Shown: positions 1 to 13,689, counted from the whole stretch's first letter. The stretch: DNA of 63,751 bases, filler included, from Octopus bimaculoides (GCF_001194135.2; 8 parts of 7 records of this genome joined end to end with filler, not necessarily neighbours in it), one strand, 5' to 3'. Numbers and translations are program-made. The notes: generated from the letters alone by a model not told the origin.

Positions 1-204
1 GCTGGTTGTTGAGGTGGAGGAGGTGGAGGAGGTGGAAGAGGTGAAGGAGGTGGAGGAGGTGGAGGAGGTGGTGATGGCGGTGGAATGTCTCTTCTTGCTT
101 GGCTAATTTATCACTTAAGTTTTGTCAGCGCCATGTTCCACTGACCTATAACAAAACCTTTTTTGAGAGTTATACAAGATTATATACACAATGAAATATA
201 ATTA

Positions 205-625
<421 letters not shown>

Positions 626-1714
626 ACAAATAAACAAAATCGATTTAATGAAAAACCGAATGAAATAAAGTTAGGTAATGATAAATATGCGTAATAGAGT
701 ATGACTGAGAGAGTGAGCGAGAGAGAGAGAAGGAGAGAGAAAGACAAACAGACAGAGACTAAAACAGAGACACAGAAAGGGAGAGAGAGGGAGCGGAGTC
801 TATGCGTCTGTAAATAAGTATGTATTACGAGTATGTGATAATGAGTGCATGTCCGAATAGACACGCACATACACACACAAACACATACATACATACATGC
901 ATATATACATACATACATACATACATACATACATACATACATACATTATATATATATATATATATACACGACGGGTTTCTTTCAGTTTCTGTCTACAAAA
1001 TCCACTCACACGCCTTTGATCAGCCCGAGGCTATAGTAGAGGACACTTGCCCAATGTTCCACGCAGTGGAACTGAACCCGGAACTATGTGATTAAGAGGA
1101 AAGCTTCTTATCACACAACCACGTCTACGTCTAAACAAGAAATTTGGACAGCATAGACTATGGGAATCGAACCTACTCCTTCCAACAAATAATGGATGTA
1201 CTACCATTACACCAGCATCCTCCTTATCTATATAAACAATTATGACTTATACTAATCAAATAAACAGCGGGTATTCTAACAATCTGATGGACTAGCTCAT
1301 AGAACAATAGAATGAGAAAGAGGATGCATCAAGTACGAAAGGCGACAATACTTATTAAAATACCGAAAGCACGCACCAAACAAGCCCATCAAAAGATTAA
1401 CAAAAGCCTTATAAAACAAGATATAGAATTCAATTTATTGAACCATATATTAACACCAATAATATACAATAAATATATGAAAAAAATGAAAACTTTTTAA
1501 CGTGTAACAATAGGCTAATGGATAAACCTTTTAATGAGCTACAAATATCCGAGGTACTTCATTGTAAATTCTTTTGCAAAAACGAAAAATGTAAGCTTCA
1601 TATCGCCAAAATTTCTATTTTGGCTGCAGAGGAAATTTGTCAATCTTTTCAAGTGTCATTATCTGATTTTATAAACTTGTTGAAGCACTTTATGTGGTTA
1701 ATTCAGAGGAACAC

Positions 1715-1761
1715 ATCGCACTGATGAGGAAATTAAATTTCCGAAACAGGCTGTCTATGAT
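1715..1761 (+). ncRNA. Type I hammerhead ribozyme motif
   Basis: CTGATGA core (1721-1727); stem II GGAAAT/ATTTCC with TAA loop; GAAA (1743-1746); stem III ACA/TGT with GGC loop; GTC cleavage triplet (1753-1755); stem I ATCGCA/TATGAT with one mismatch and one G-U. Confidence 0.7.
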
Positions 1762-1879
1762 TACAAAATGAAATTATTAAAAATAAGTAGAGAGAAAGAA
1801 ATGAAGAAATGCTGTTTTATAATTGGTTTACGTAGGAAAGAGAGGGTTTCATACATACATATGTGTGTGTGTGTGCGTA

Positions 1880-1924
<45 letters not shown>

Positions 1925-2085
1925 GTAAATGTCAAACAATGAAAATGAGTGCTTAACACCACATTGGTGGATTTAATTTCTTTGTGAATTAAGGCTATCA
2001 TTAGTTTCATGTTATGTAAAGTAGGAAAATATCCTAGTCTTTTGACAATTTTTCAACCCGATAATACACACACACACACAGATGA

Positions 2086-2185
<100 letters not shown>

Positions 2186-2437
2186 AATAAAAATACATAG
2201 ATATGTGTATGTACGAAAATGATTGGAAATTGAAGTAGCAATACCTTATAGTTCTTAGGTCCGACTGCGTTACCTTACGCTAGTACCTCTTTGCTTTTAA
2301 TTATTTGCGAGAGAACGATGATATAAGTACCAGAGGAAGCACTGGCAGTTAGTATGAATCCTTGACGGTGGAGGCCCAGTATGGCTGCAGTCGTATGTCT
2401 GAAACCAGTAAAATCATCAGCAAACTATAAATTGTCA

Positions 2438-3000
2438 TGTGCTCAAACAACAGCGTAAGTTGAAATATTCATGCTTAATGCGTTCCGGGAGATCCGAACG
2501 TTTATATGCTAATCGCAGTTGTAGTTTTGTCTACGGCGAACGACTTCTCCTTTCAGACAGTGTATGTTTATAACACATTCGATTCATTGAGGCGCCAATG
2601 TTTCGACATTGTTGTGTCTTTTGGGTCAAAGTATCACTGGACCAATGAATCTAGGGAGTTTCTGACTCTTGTTTATAGGAATGAAATCAGCAAGCAAATT
2701 ATTTGCTGAATCTACTGATGTCTACCAAACTGCTTAGAAACCATAACGTGTACAAGCAACAGCGAGAATCAAAACAATGACTTATATATTTATTCTTTGT
2801 ATGTTCCGGCAGATTCGAACGTTAATATGCTACTCGCTGTTGTACTTCATCTACATAAAACAGTACTTTCTTCTATATGATGTGTGTTTATAATGCACTC
2901 GATTCAGTAGCATTAGGGAACTTTAGAACACCCATGTTTCTAACATATATCTCTTCAGTCAACTATTACGAGACGCCATCGATGTATTTGTAACCAAACC
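2438..3000 (-). mobile_element. Diverged two-unit tandem repeat (~310-330 bp), each unit carrying a decayed hammerhead (retrozyme or Penelope-like terminal repeat)
   Basis: Units start at about 2438 and 2748 and share blocks such as GTTCCGG.AGAT.CGAACGTT.ATATGCTA.TCGC.GTTGTA. Hammerhead remnants lie on the minus strand at 2586-2630 and 2921-2962. Confidence 0.5.
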
Positions 3001-4977
3001 AACAACAATGCTAATTGAGACGTATTCTCTTTTCCCAATATCAAATCAAAACATTACAGAATAATCAACAAAAATTCGATATTTCTTTTAATTATTTAAT
3101 TTTTTTAACGCAGTAGATATTTAAATTAATATATTCTTTTATTGTGTTCAAATTAATTTATTTCAAAATGGCGTTTTTCCAAAAAATATATATATTTATA
3201 CGTATATAATAGGCATACACCATTTGCGGTATTGTTATTTTTCTCATAGAATATCTTAGAAACTATTTATGTACGAAATATTTTAATTTCTATGGGAAAA
3301 CGAAACAATTCACTTCAAGAACACACAAGAAATATTCTAAATATTCTTTTTCGTAACATTTTATAAAGAATGGAAATCAGTCTGTCTCTTTAACATATTC
3401 AACTTTAATTGCAGAAATAATGAAAAAAATTATAAAAGACATATCGCAAAATGGTTCTAGATGAACCTATTTTTAAGATGAAATTCCTATATATATATAC
3501 GACGGGCTTCTTTCAGTTTCCGTCTACCAAATCCACTCAAGACTTTCGTTGGCCCGAGGCTATATTAGAAGACACTTGCCGAAGGTACCACGCAGTGGGA
3601 ATGAACCTGGAACCATGTGGTCGGTAAGCAAGCTATTTACCACATAGCCACTCCTGCGCCCACATATATGTATATGTTTGTGTATCTGTGTTTGTTCTCT
3701 TACCACCTTACAATCAAAATTGGTGTGTTTACGTCCCCGTGACTTAGTGGTTCAGCCCTAACGGTCCGATCAAATAAATACTAGACTTACAAAGTATAAG
3801 TTCTTGGGTCTATTTTTCCGACGAAAGGCGGTGCTCCAGCATGGCCACAGTCAAATGGCTGAAACAAGTAAAAGAATAAAAGAATATATATATAGATATA
3901 TAGATATATCTATCTTTCTATTTATAAGTATATGTATATATGTATATATAAGATAATCTTTATATCCAACTTAACGCAGATGTCTTGTTAGAACACCGAA
4001 TACTGCGTTGTTAGCCCTAAGAGATCCACTCATATAGATACTTGGTGCATAAAAGTACACGCATAGTTTGTAGCAGACGAGAATCGTCTGTCATGGGCGC
4101 CAGCAGCTCCTTATCGCGTAATTTCATTCTACTGGAAATCGTCATTCGGTGATGTCTTTACATCGGTAAAGGTTGTAAAGATAAATGAGAAAACAGAACA
4201 GAAAACACAAAATCATCAAATAGCGATGTCATCTATATTTATAATTATAAAACACATCCTGCGTGCTAATTCTTCCGCCCGGGTGGCACAGACAATCCCT
4301 TATCATTCACATCATCGGAAATGCGATAAACCAAGGATTGATTGGGGCTTTGACAATCTAAATCTATATTCCTACGACGCCGGTGCTGTCCACCACAAAA
4401 GTAGCATGAAAATAAAATAGCACCGATAGCGATTACCATATTATTCAGATTCCATAAACCGTTCCCCCGTTCCCAGCGTATACACTTCTCACCATCAAAT
4501 TATCGATCTTTGAACTAAAGCAGAGTTAATATATACAGTAACAAAATCGATGTTAACTTAAAATACCTGGCTCCATTCTATGTAACTAAATGGAATCGCA
4601 TATTCCAAAGTGGCAATATGGTAATTCATGGCATTTTATAACCCTTAACAGAAGAACCGTTCACTGGAATTGAGATGTCTGAGATGGAATATATTAACGT
4701 TAATATAACTTTAGGTATTTTCTTGTTTTCCATTTACTTCGAGCTTTTTAACGATTTTTAAAAAAATAATTTATATATTTACATATATCGCTTATGTATA
4801 TATATATTTATAAATTTATCTTTTCAATTTATATTTATATATTCATATTTCTTTTTTATATTTATATTTATATATTTATGTATATTTTTTATATTTGTAT
4901 TTATACATTTGCATGACTTTTCTATATTTATAACTAGCAGAGATACCCGGCGTTGCTGGGGTTAAAATGGTACAGTT

Positions 4978-5026
<49 letters not shown>

Positions 5027-5037
5027 NNNNNNNNNNG

Positions 5038-5300
5038 TTTAACATTGTCCCGAAACAGATAAAAGAGGAAACAGATCCTATCAGCTTTAAACGGAGTCTA
5101 GACAGCTTTCTTCAAAGAGTACCAGACAAGCCACCCATACCTGGATACAACTCCCTCAATAAGAACTCACTACTTGAATGGACCATAGACAAAACTTGAC
5201 TGTAAAAAGGATTTAGAAAATCCTATCAGGTGGTGCTATTAAGTTAGACATGGCCTGGACCAATCTTCGGTCGAAACATATCTAAGTTTTATCTAAGTTT
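5038..5300 (+). mobile_element. CR1-type LINE 3' end
   Basis: NIVPKQIKEETDPISFKRSLDSFLQRVPDKPPIPGYNSLNKNSLLEWTIDKT* (stop 5197-5199), followed by a 3' UTR ending in an (ATCTAAGTTTT)2 tail. Confidence 0.75.
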
Positions 5301-7704
5301 TATATATATATATATTACAGTTATGTTGAAACAGGTGATACAGGAAAGTGCAGCATTGATGACAAAACATTTGTGGAGTAAATGATGGTCTAATAAATCG
5401 ACATGTAATACGCCCGTTTGGAGGATTCCATGCCCTAACCTATCATGAAAAATTGGGGGTGGGGGTATGTAATTTTTGAACCCACCGAAAAGCTGTCAGT
5501 GGATATACTCGCCTTTGAGGCGGTCAACGTTGCGTCAAACACATCGTATGGTTGACAGTCAAATGAATGGATGTGTAATGGAGATATTGTACGTAAATGG
5601 GTACATTCTTGAAATGGGCTGCAATGGTAGACGGCAACGGGGAAGTGAACTGTTGAAATGTTGCAGAAGGCAAAGGAATCGCATTGGATTGTTGGTGTGG
5701 CTGTAGAATAAGAAACATAAATTAAGCCTATGCAGTTACATGAGAATATGTAGTAATGAGTTTAAGTGTTTTCCGAAGTGTTTTTGCTTAATAAAACACT
5801 CACAACGCCCAGTCTTAGAATTGAAACCGCGATCCTATGACCGCGAGTCTGCTGGCCATTGCACCTCCACCCATATATATATATTTTTTCTATAAAAAAA
5901 ACCATGTAATCGTTACCAATATAGCAAGAGATTTCACCGCAAAAAAGTCTAAATTAGGCTCCTTGGGGATCGTTCTCCTTGTTTACATATCTCCTATTCT
6001 TGACTTTTGTTTGATTTTTGTTTGTTCTCAAATGTATTCCCTGAAGACGTGTAAGGCAACTTATATATTTCACTTAAATTTGACAGTCAAATATAACCTT
6101 ATACAGAAATGTTGACATAGGAATAAATTACATTAATAATGGATATTAGCGTCAAATCTCTCTCTTAANNNNNNNNNNNNNNNNNNNNNNNNNNNNNNNN
6201 NNNNNNNNNNNNNNNNNNNNNNNNNNNNNNNNNNNNNNNNNNNNNNNNNNNNNNNNNNNNNNNNNNNNNNNNNNNNNNNNNNNNNNNNNNNNNNNNNNNN
6301 NNNNNNNNNNNNNNNNNNNNNNNNNNNNNNNNNNNNNNNNNNNNNNNNNNNNNNNNNNNNNNNNNNNNNNNNNNNNNNNNNNNNNNNNNNNNNNNNNNNN
6401 NNNNNNNNNNNNNNNNNNNNNNNNNNNNNNNNNNNNNNNNNNNNNNNNNNNNNNNNNNNNNNNNNNNNNNNNNNNNNNNNNNNNNNNNNNNNNNNNNNNN
6501 NNNNNNNNNNNNNNNNNNNNNNNNNNNNNNNNNNNNNNNNNNNNNNNNNNNNNNNNNNNNNNNNNNNNNNNNNNNNNNNNNNNNNNNNNNNNNNNNNNNN
6601 NNNNNNNNNNNNNNNNNNNNNNNNNNNNNNNNNNNNNNNNNNNNNNNNNNNNNNNNNNNNNNNNNNNNNNNNNNNNNNNNNNNNNNNNNNNCCAATCCTA
6701 CGACGGACCGGCGTCCCGTCCAGGTGGGGAATATATAAGCCATGGAAACCAGGAACCCTGCCTTTATGAGTCGGTATGACTCTCTAGAAGGAAACTTTAA
6801 ATCAAGGGGAAAATTGTAAGCTGAAGTTCCGCAACACCGGACACGTCACAAGGTTTACAGACGATAGGCGGATCAATGCAGTTGTCGAGCAGTATCCAAG
6901 CAAATACATTTCGGGTCCAGATGAAAGGAAAGGAATAAATTAAATGGTGAATGGAAGTGCAAATTCCGCCGGGCCGGACATGGTACAAGGTTTGGTCATG
7001 CGCCATTCATTCTACAAATTTGAATGTAATATTTCGGACAGGTAATTAGACATACTGACCACAGATATACAGATTAGCAACACCCAGATCCTCTCCAATT
7101 CACTGTGCTTGTCCATCCAGTCAATGTCTACATATAGATAGCTAGCCGTAAAAAAAAAATCAACGTTTCGGATAATCTTGCTTTCTCAGAGGGGCGGGGG
7201 AGAAAGTGCGAGAAAATAAACAGATAGCGAAAGGCTAATGTTTGAGATTATAGAATGAATTTCACACCGTGTATCTTCCCTGCCGGTCAATATATATATA
7301 TACGCACTTTCCCTGTATATTGCACATTTACACACTGTGTCTCTCAGCCCAATCATCATCTTACCGCTGCGCCTATTGAATCGCTTGAATGACCTATATA
7401 AATGGCGCCATTACAATATTGGTTTCATTCTACAAATTTGAATATAATATTTCGGACTGGTTGTCAGACACGCTGACTACAGGTAAAGAGATAGACTAAC
7501 AGTACACTTGCATATTTGATTTTAATTTGATTAAACAGAACAAAACCTTCAATCGATATACTTATACTAAACGTCCCAGACGCAAACCAGAGTCTTTAGT
7601 TTAGTTGGTATAATTTTTTTTTTTGCTATTGTTATTGCGTTTGTTGATGGTCTGTTTTTAGTAATATTTTTTAACATCCAATTTACTTCTTCAGAAATAT
7701 GGCT

Positions 7705-7786
<82 letters not shown>

Positions 7787-8172
7787 AACAAACAAACACA
7801 CACATATATATGCATGTATGTATAGGTATAGATATATACATATACTACATATATATGTATATATTTATATATATATATGTATGTGTGTGTGTAATGCAAT
7901 TATGTAAAGAACAAAGAATACAGTACCTTTAAAATGTCTATAACTCCGACAAATGCAATTCTATATAATTGTATGTATGTATGGGTGTGTGTATATGTGC
8001 GTATATATGCATGTATCTATGTATGTGCGTATGTATGCTCTTATGTATGTATGAATGAATGAATGAATGAATGGATACGGAGTTGGTTAAAGAGCATAAG
8101 AGAAGCCGAGAGAAACAGAGAGAGACAGATATACAGAAAGGCAGAAAGAGATTGACAGAGGTAAAGGAGAAT

Positions 8173-8257
<85 letters not shown>

Positions 8258-8548
8258 GGGGGAGAGAGAGAGGGAGAGAGAGAGGGAGAGAGAATGAAGG
8301 AGAGATGAATACAGAGAATGGAAAAGAGAAAGAGAAGAAAAGTGGGAAGGATTTTCAATATTTCAGACTACGAAAGAAACCACTTTGCTAACCGTTTTTC
8401 TTTAACAAAGGCTATAGAGCATTTGAAAAGACTGCAGTATACAAAGACCGTATTGAACCGACGCCTGGTCGATTTGAAAACGCAATCGTGTCATGACATC
8501 TGTTAAGTGCGAATGATTTCTCCAGTATAATTTGCCATTCGTTCCTGG

Positions 8549-8556
8549 TATAAAAA
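8549..8556 (+). promoter_or_regulatory. TATA box of the S1 serine protease gene
   Basis: TATAAAAA lies 45 nt upstream of the ATG (8594) that opens a signal-peptide exon. Confidence 0.6.
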
Positions 8557-8593
8557 GACTTTTGCAGACATGTTTTAAGTTCTTACTTTAAAT

Positions 8594-8648
8594 ATGGTCT
8601 ATCTCTTAGCATCAAGTTTGATTATTCTACTTTGTCTTGCATTTACAG
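8594..8648 (+). CDS. S1 (trypsin/chymotrypsin-fold) serine protease, exon 1 (signal peptide)
   Basis: MVYLLASSLIILLCLAFT + G|GTATTT donor (phase 1). Hydrophobic signal peptide; joins in frame to 13189. Confidence 0.8.
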
Positions 8649-8659
8649 GTATTTATGCG

Positions 8660-8703
<44 letters not shown>

Positions 8704-9050
8704 CATTGAGTGAGAGAGCAGTGCATGCCATCAAAGTGACACTGGGGTAAAATATACGAAGCCCAGTATACCCATCATGACTACCCGTCTGATAAAGGTA
8801 CACCAGGCACGTGGATCACAACCATATGTACGTGACATGGTGATCTTATATGAAGATAAACAGCGCATGACCTCGCAGGTAGGGCCCAGTTAGAATTTTC
8901 TTCAGGTCGAGTAGCCCATCCTGCTCAAAAGGTCCCTGAATAAGGTTTGTTTAAGGATGTTGAGCAAAACACCCATGTTTCCAAAGGTGAATTATTCAAA
9001 CCCCAAAGAATTCCTCTCAACACTTGGCTATGATGCTCCCCCAATTTTGG
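8704..9050 (-). mobile_element. SINE or LINE-tail repeat embedded in (ATT)n
   Basis: Its ATTGAGTGAGAGAGCAGTGC end is shared with 11160-11335; both elements are flanked by (ATT)n on each side. Confidence 0.55.
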
Positions 9051-9086
9051 CTATGATGCTCCCCCAACTTGGCTATGATGCTCCTC

Positions 9087-9119
<33 letters not shown>

Positions 9120-9568
9120 CATTATTACTGGCTTCAAATTTTGGCACAAAGCCAGCAAATCCAGGAGAGGGGATAAGTCGATTACATCGACCCCAGTGTG
9201 CAACTGGTGCTTATTTTATCAACTCCGAATGGATGAATGGTAAAGTCGACCTCAGCGTAACTTAAACTCAGAACGTCTACTTTACATTCTGCGTTCAAAT
9301 TCCGCCGAAGTCGACTCTGTCTTTAATCCTTTCAGAGTCGATAAATTAAGTACCAATGAAACACTGGGATTAAGTCCCCTCCCACCAAATTTCAGGCCTT
9401 GTGCTTTTAGTAGAAAGGACTGTTAGTATTATTACTAAAGTAGTGAGCTGGCAGAGTCATTAGCACGCTGAGCAAAATGCTCAGCGGAATTTTGTCCGTC
9501 TTTACGTTCTGAGTTCAAATTCCACCGCGGTTGATTTTTGCCTTTCATCCTCTTTGGATTGATAAAAT

Positions 9569-9802
9569 GTTGTTGTTGTTGTTGTTGGCACTCCGTCGCT
9601 TACGACGTCGAGGGTTCCAGTTGATCCGATCAACGGAACAGCCTGCTCGTGAAATTAACGTGCAAGTGGCTGAGCACTCCACAGACACGTGTACCCTTAA
9701 CGTAGTTCTCGGGGATATTCAGCGTGACACAGAGTGTGACAAGGCTGACCCTTTGAATTACAGGCACAACAGAAACAGGAAGTAAGAGTGAGAGAAAGTT
9801 GT
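9569..9802 (-). mobile_element. SINE family C, 3' half, inserted into a family B SINE
   Basis: Near-identical reverse complement of about 10385-10613. Confidence 0.85.
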
Positions 9803-10233
9803 GCCAAAATTTGAAATCATCATTATTATTGTTGTTGTTGTTATGGTAGTTACACCCCCACCCTCCGTCACAAATTGTGAACTGCCCTTACACTTGTAAT
9901 GTTCCTCTCAATTGCGCACCTCTGGCAAATAAAAAAATTAATTTTTCGTTACTATTACTGAGACGGCCAGCTGGCAAAATCGTTACCGCGCCGTACTGTC
10001 GGTATCTCTTTGTTCTTCATCCTTTCAGGGTTGAAAAAAATAAGTCCCAGTTCAGCACTGGGGGGTCGGTGTAATCGACTTACTCCTTCCTCGAAGGTGC
10101 TGGACATTTGAAACAGTATTGTTGTTGCAGTTGTTGCTGCACCCTCACAAATTGTGAACTATTCTTGTAATGTTACTCTCAATTGATGCTCTTCTGGCAG
10201 ATAAAAAGATTATTATTGTTATTACTATTGTTA

Positions 10234-10613
10234 AGTGGAGGCGCAATGGCCCAGTGGTTAGGGCAGCGAACTCGCGGTCATAGGATCGTGGTTTCGATTC
10301 CCAGACCGGGCGTTGTGAGTGTTTATTGAGCAAAAACACCTAAAGCTCCACGAGGCTCCGGCAGGGGATGGTGGCGAACCTTGCTGTACTCTTTCACCAC
10401 AACTTTCTCTCACTCTTACTTCCTGTTTCTGTTGTGCCTGTAATTCAAAGGGCCAGTCTTGTCTCACACTGAATATCCCCGAGAACTACGTTAAGGGTAC
10501 ACGTGTCTGTGGAGTGCTCAGCCACTTGCACGTTAATTTCACGAGCAGGCTGTTCCGTTGATCGGATCAACTGGAACCCTCGACGTCGTAAGCGACGGAG
10601 TGCCAACAACAAC
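10234..10613 (+). mobile_element. tRNA-derived SINE, family C (full length)
   Basis: tRNA-like head (TGGCCCAGTGG A box, GTTTCGATT B box) and (AAC)n tail. Other copies: 9569-9802(-), 43608-43984(+), 45193-45542(-), 5778-5870(-). Confidence 0.85.
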
Positions 10614-11116
10614 TATTGTTAAGGTTGCGAAATGGCAGGATCGTTAGCACACTAGACAAATTGTTAGCAGCGCAATACCTCTAGCTTTACATTCTGGGTT
10701 CAAATTCTGCTGAGGGTGGCTTTGCCTTTCATCCTTTCGGGGTAGATAAAATAAGTACTAATGAGTATTGGGTTTGATGTAATCAACTTACCCACCTCCC
10801 TAAAAATTGAACTTAACCCCTGTTGTAGAAAGAGTTTATTACTGCTGCTGCTGTTGTTGTTGTTGTTGTTGTTGTTATTGATGTTGTTGCTGTTGTTGTT
10901 ACTGTTGTTGTTATTGCTGTTGTTGTTAATGTAGTAAGGGAACTTGATAGCGCGTCGGACAAAATGTTTAGCAGTATTTCTCCTACTTGTTTACTTCCCG
11001 AGTTCAAATCTCGTTGAGGCCGACTTTACTAATCATCCTCGGGGTCAATAAAGTAAGTACCAGTTAAGCACTGAGGTCGATGTAATCGACTAGCCCCATA
11101 GTAGAAAGTATTATTA

Positions 11117-11163
<47 letters not shown>

Positions 11164-11341
11164 GAGTGAGAGAGCAGTGCTCAACTGGTTAAGGTCAAAC
11201 AACTGACAAGCAAATTTGTGGTATTAAGCAGAACATTTGCTGTAGCCCATCTTTTATGACAAAACAATGTACATGATAACACTTTCAATCAATTAAGATC
11301 AGAAACCATGAGAGCCACTGCCTGGTACTCCATCCGGCCAT

Positions 11342-11372
<31 letters not shown>

Positions 11373-12548
11373 TATTATTATTATTATTATTGCTTTCGCA
11401 TGCAATGGGGATGACAGAGTTTTCTGAGATTTTTTGCGTGGGGTTTACTCCGAATTACCCTAAGTGGACTGACCCGCTATTTGCGATTCTAATTATTTAT
11501 TAAGTATTTATTTCTCTAATTTCTATTTATATATCCTTTGTTATGTGTCCTGCTATAGTGTTTCCAAATATGAATTAGAAAACAGCTTGAGGTACATAAA
11601 CAAAATCGAACAGAAACAGACAGACAGACAGAGACACACACACACAGAGTATGTGTTGTGTAAGTTCGTGTTTCAGCAGCGGTTTTTATGCGTAAGACAA
11701 CATATTCTCTAAGCACTTGGTGTAAAAAATCACCTGAAAGTAAGACATACACCTCGCATCAGCTCTTTTCTCGGAGCGACAGACATCAATGCTTCGTCAT
11801 TGTTTTGACTTATCAATGTTGCATACTGATCAAGGCCCGCTGCAAGCAGTATCGCAGATTTTGACTATATGCTAAATGGTCTAGACACCATCTGCTGGCA
11901 TGTCCCAACATTTCATATATATATATATANNNNNNNNNNNNNNNNNNNNNNNNNNNNNNNNNNNNNNNNNNNNNNNNNNNNNNNNNNNNNNNNNNNNNNN
12001 NNNNNNNNNNNNNNNNNNNNNNNNNNNNNNNNNNNNNNNNNNNNNNNNNNNNNNNNNNNNNNNNNNNNNNNNNNNNNNNNNNNNNNNNNNNNNNNNNNNN
12101 NNNNNNNNNNNNNNNNNNNNNNNNNNNNNNNNNNNNNNNNNNNNNNNNNNNNNNNNNNNNNNNNNNNNNNNNNNNNNNNNNNNNNNNNNNNNNNNNNNNN
12201 NNNNNNNNNNNNNNNNNNNNNNNNNNNNNNNNNNNNNNNNNNNNNNNNNNNNNNNNNNNNNNNNNNNNNNNNNNNNNNNNNNNNNNNNNNNNNNNNNNNN
12301 NNNNNNNNNNNNNNNNNNNNNNNNNNNNNNNNNNNNNNNNNNNNNNNNNNNNNNNNNNNNNNNNNNNNNNNNNNNNNNNNNNNNNNNNNNNNNNNNNNNN
12401 NNNNNNNCTATCAGTCAGCATCTGGTCTTAAACGTCTTCTGAGGGCTCATCAACGGAGTGACTGTGCTGTGTAATGGGGTGTAGTGTGTGTGTTGATGGG
12501 ACGGGTACCATCTGTAAGATGGAGCAATTATCATCATATCATACCATG

Positions 12549-12593
<45 letters not shown>

Positions 12594-12851
12594 ATATTAT
12601 GGTCTCATTTGTTGTAGTGATACTAATAACCAGCTGTTATTATATATGCATATACATACATACATGTATCTATGTGTGTGTGTGTGTGTGTGGTCAGACA
12701 CTTGCTTCTCAACCACGTAGTTCCGGGTTCAGTCCCACGGTGTGTCACCTTGGACACATCTACTATCACCTAGTCAGTGGATTTCCTTGATGGTAACTGA
12801 AAGAAGCCCATCGTATCTCTCTCTCTCTCTCTTCCCCTCTTTTTCTCTCTT

Positions 12852-12889
<38 letters not shown>

Positions 12890-13188
12890 CATACATTATA
12901 TATATATATTAGTACAATATCGTACATTTCCTTAGTGATTTCTTCATCTCAACTTTGCTAAACACGATGAAGACTATGCTTCGCTGAAGAGGTCAGAATA
13001 TGCCCAAAGCCTTTCTGGAGTTGTCTGTTACACTTGCCGAAAATATTTTAAAATTCACAGTCATTCACCCTTATCATCTTTTTCTTTTGCTGCATAATTT
13101 TTTTTTTTTAATCAAATTATCATTTGCCTTATCTTATACGTATGTGTATTACTTTGATAATTTTATAATTTCTTTGATATATTATCAG

Positions 13189-13351
13189 AATGCAGATATC
13201 TTCGTTCACATCATATCGTGAAAGGAACCCAAGCTAAGAACTGTGAGTTCCCTCATATCGTATTTGTACTCATTAAAAAGAACGGGAAACGATTCGCGTG
13301 CGGTGGTTCTCTCATAGACTTTACGCATGTCCTTACAGCTGCGCACTGTGT
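13189..13351 (+). CDS. S1 serine protease, exon 2 (propeptide, mature N-terminus, catalytic His)
   Basis: TATCAG| acceptor, then (E)CRYLRSHH-IVKGTQAKNCEFPHIVFVLIKKNGKRFACGGSLIDFTHVLTAAHC(V), then |GTAAGT donor. Contains the CGG and LTAAHC motifs; phase 1 to 2. Confidence 0.95.
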
Positions 13352-13689
13352 GTAAGTATATAAAATATTGAGATACTTTTTTAAGGAAATGAAAATTAAA
13401 GGAACAAACGACCCCCACCCTTTTCTTTTTTTAACTGGACCTTTCATCCTCTCTAATCATGCATTTTAATCCAGTGAAGTCTTTACAAAAATTCGGCCTC
13501 GAAGCATTGATGGTCATTCATATCAGCTCTAGAGACATAATATCGCAGGTATGTAAATCCCACCTCTCACCTCTAAAAACAACACTCACTCTTCAGGACG
13601 TTAATATAATTTAGTTCTGATCTGTTGATAACTCTCTACAAAGCTCATGGCCTATTTAAGATATACATTATGTTATCGCTCCCATATAT

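Noticed and set aside
1-110. Minus-strand polyproline frame (RDIPPPSPPPP...QQP), formin- or extensin-like
   Set aside because: It is a (GGA/GGT)n tract cut by the window edge with only a weak acceptor, so it cannot be told apart from a simple repeat.
4330-4425. Minus-strand CYFCGGQH, zinc-knuckle-like
   Set aside because: The spacing does not fit CX2CX4HX4C, and there is no gag/pol context.
12984-13015. Other CTGANGA hits (6041, 12984, 18352, 25074, 34517, 36751, 37074, 53070)
   Set aside because: They lack a proper stem II followed by GAAA, or lack stem I/III pairing; at most they are highly eroded remnants.
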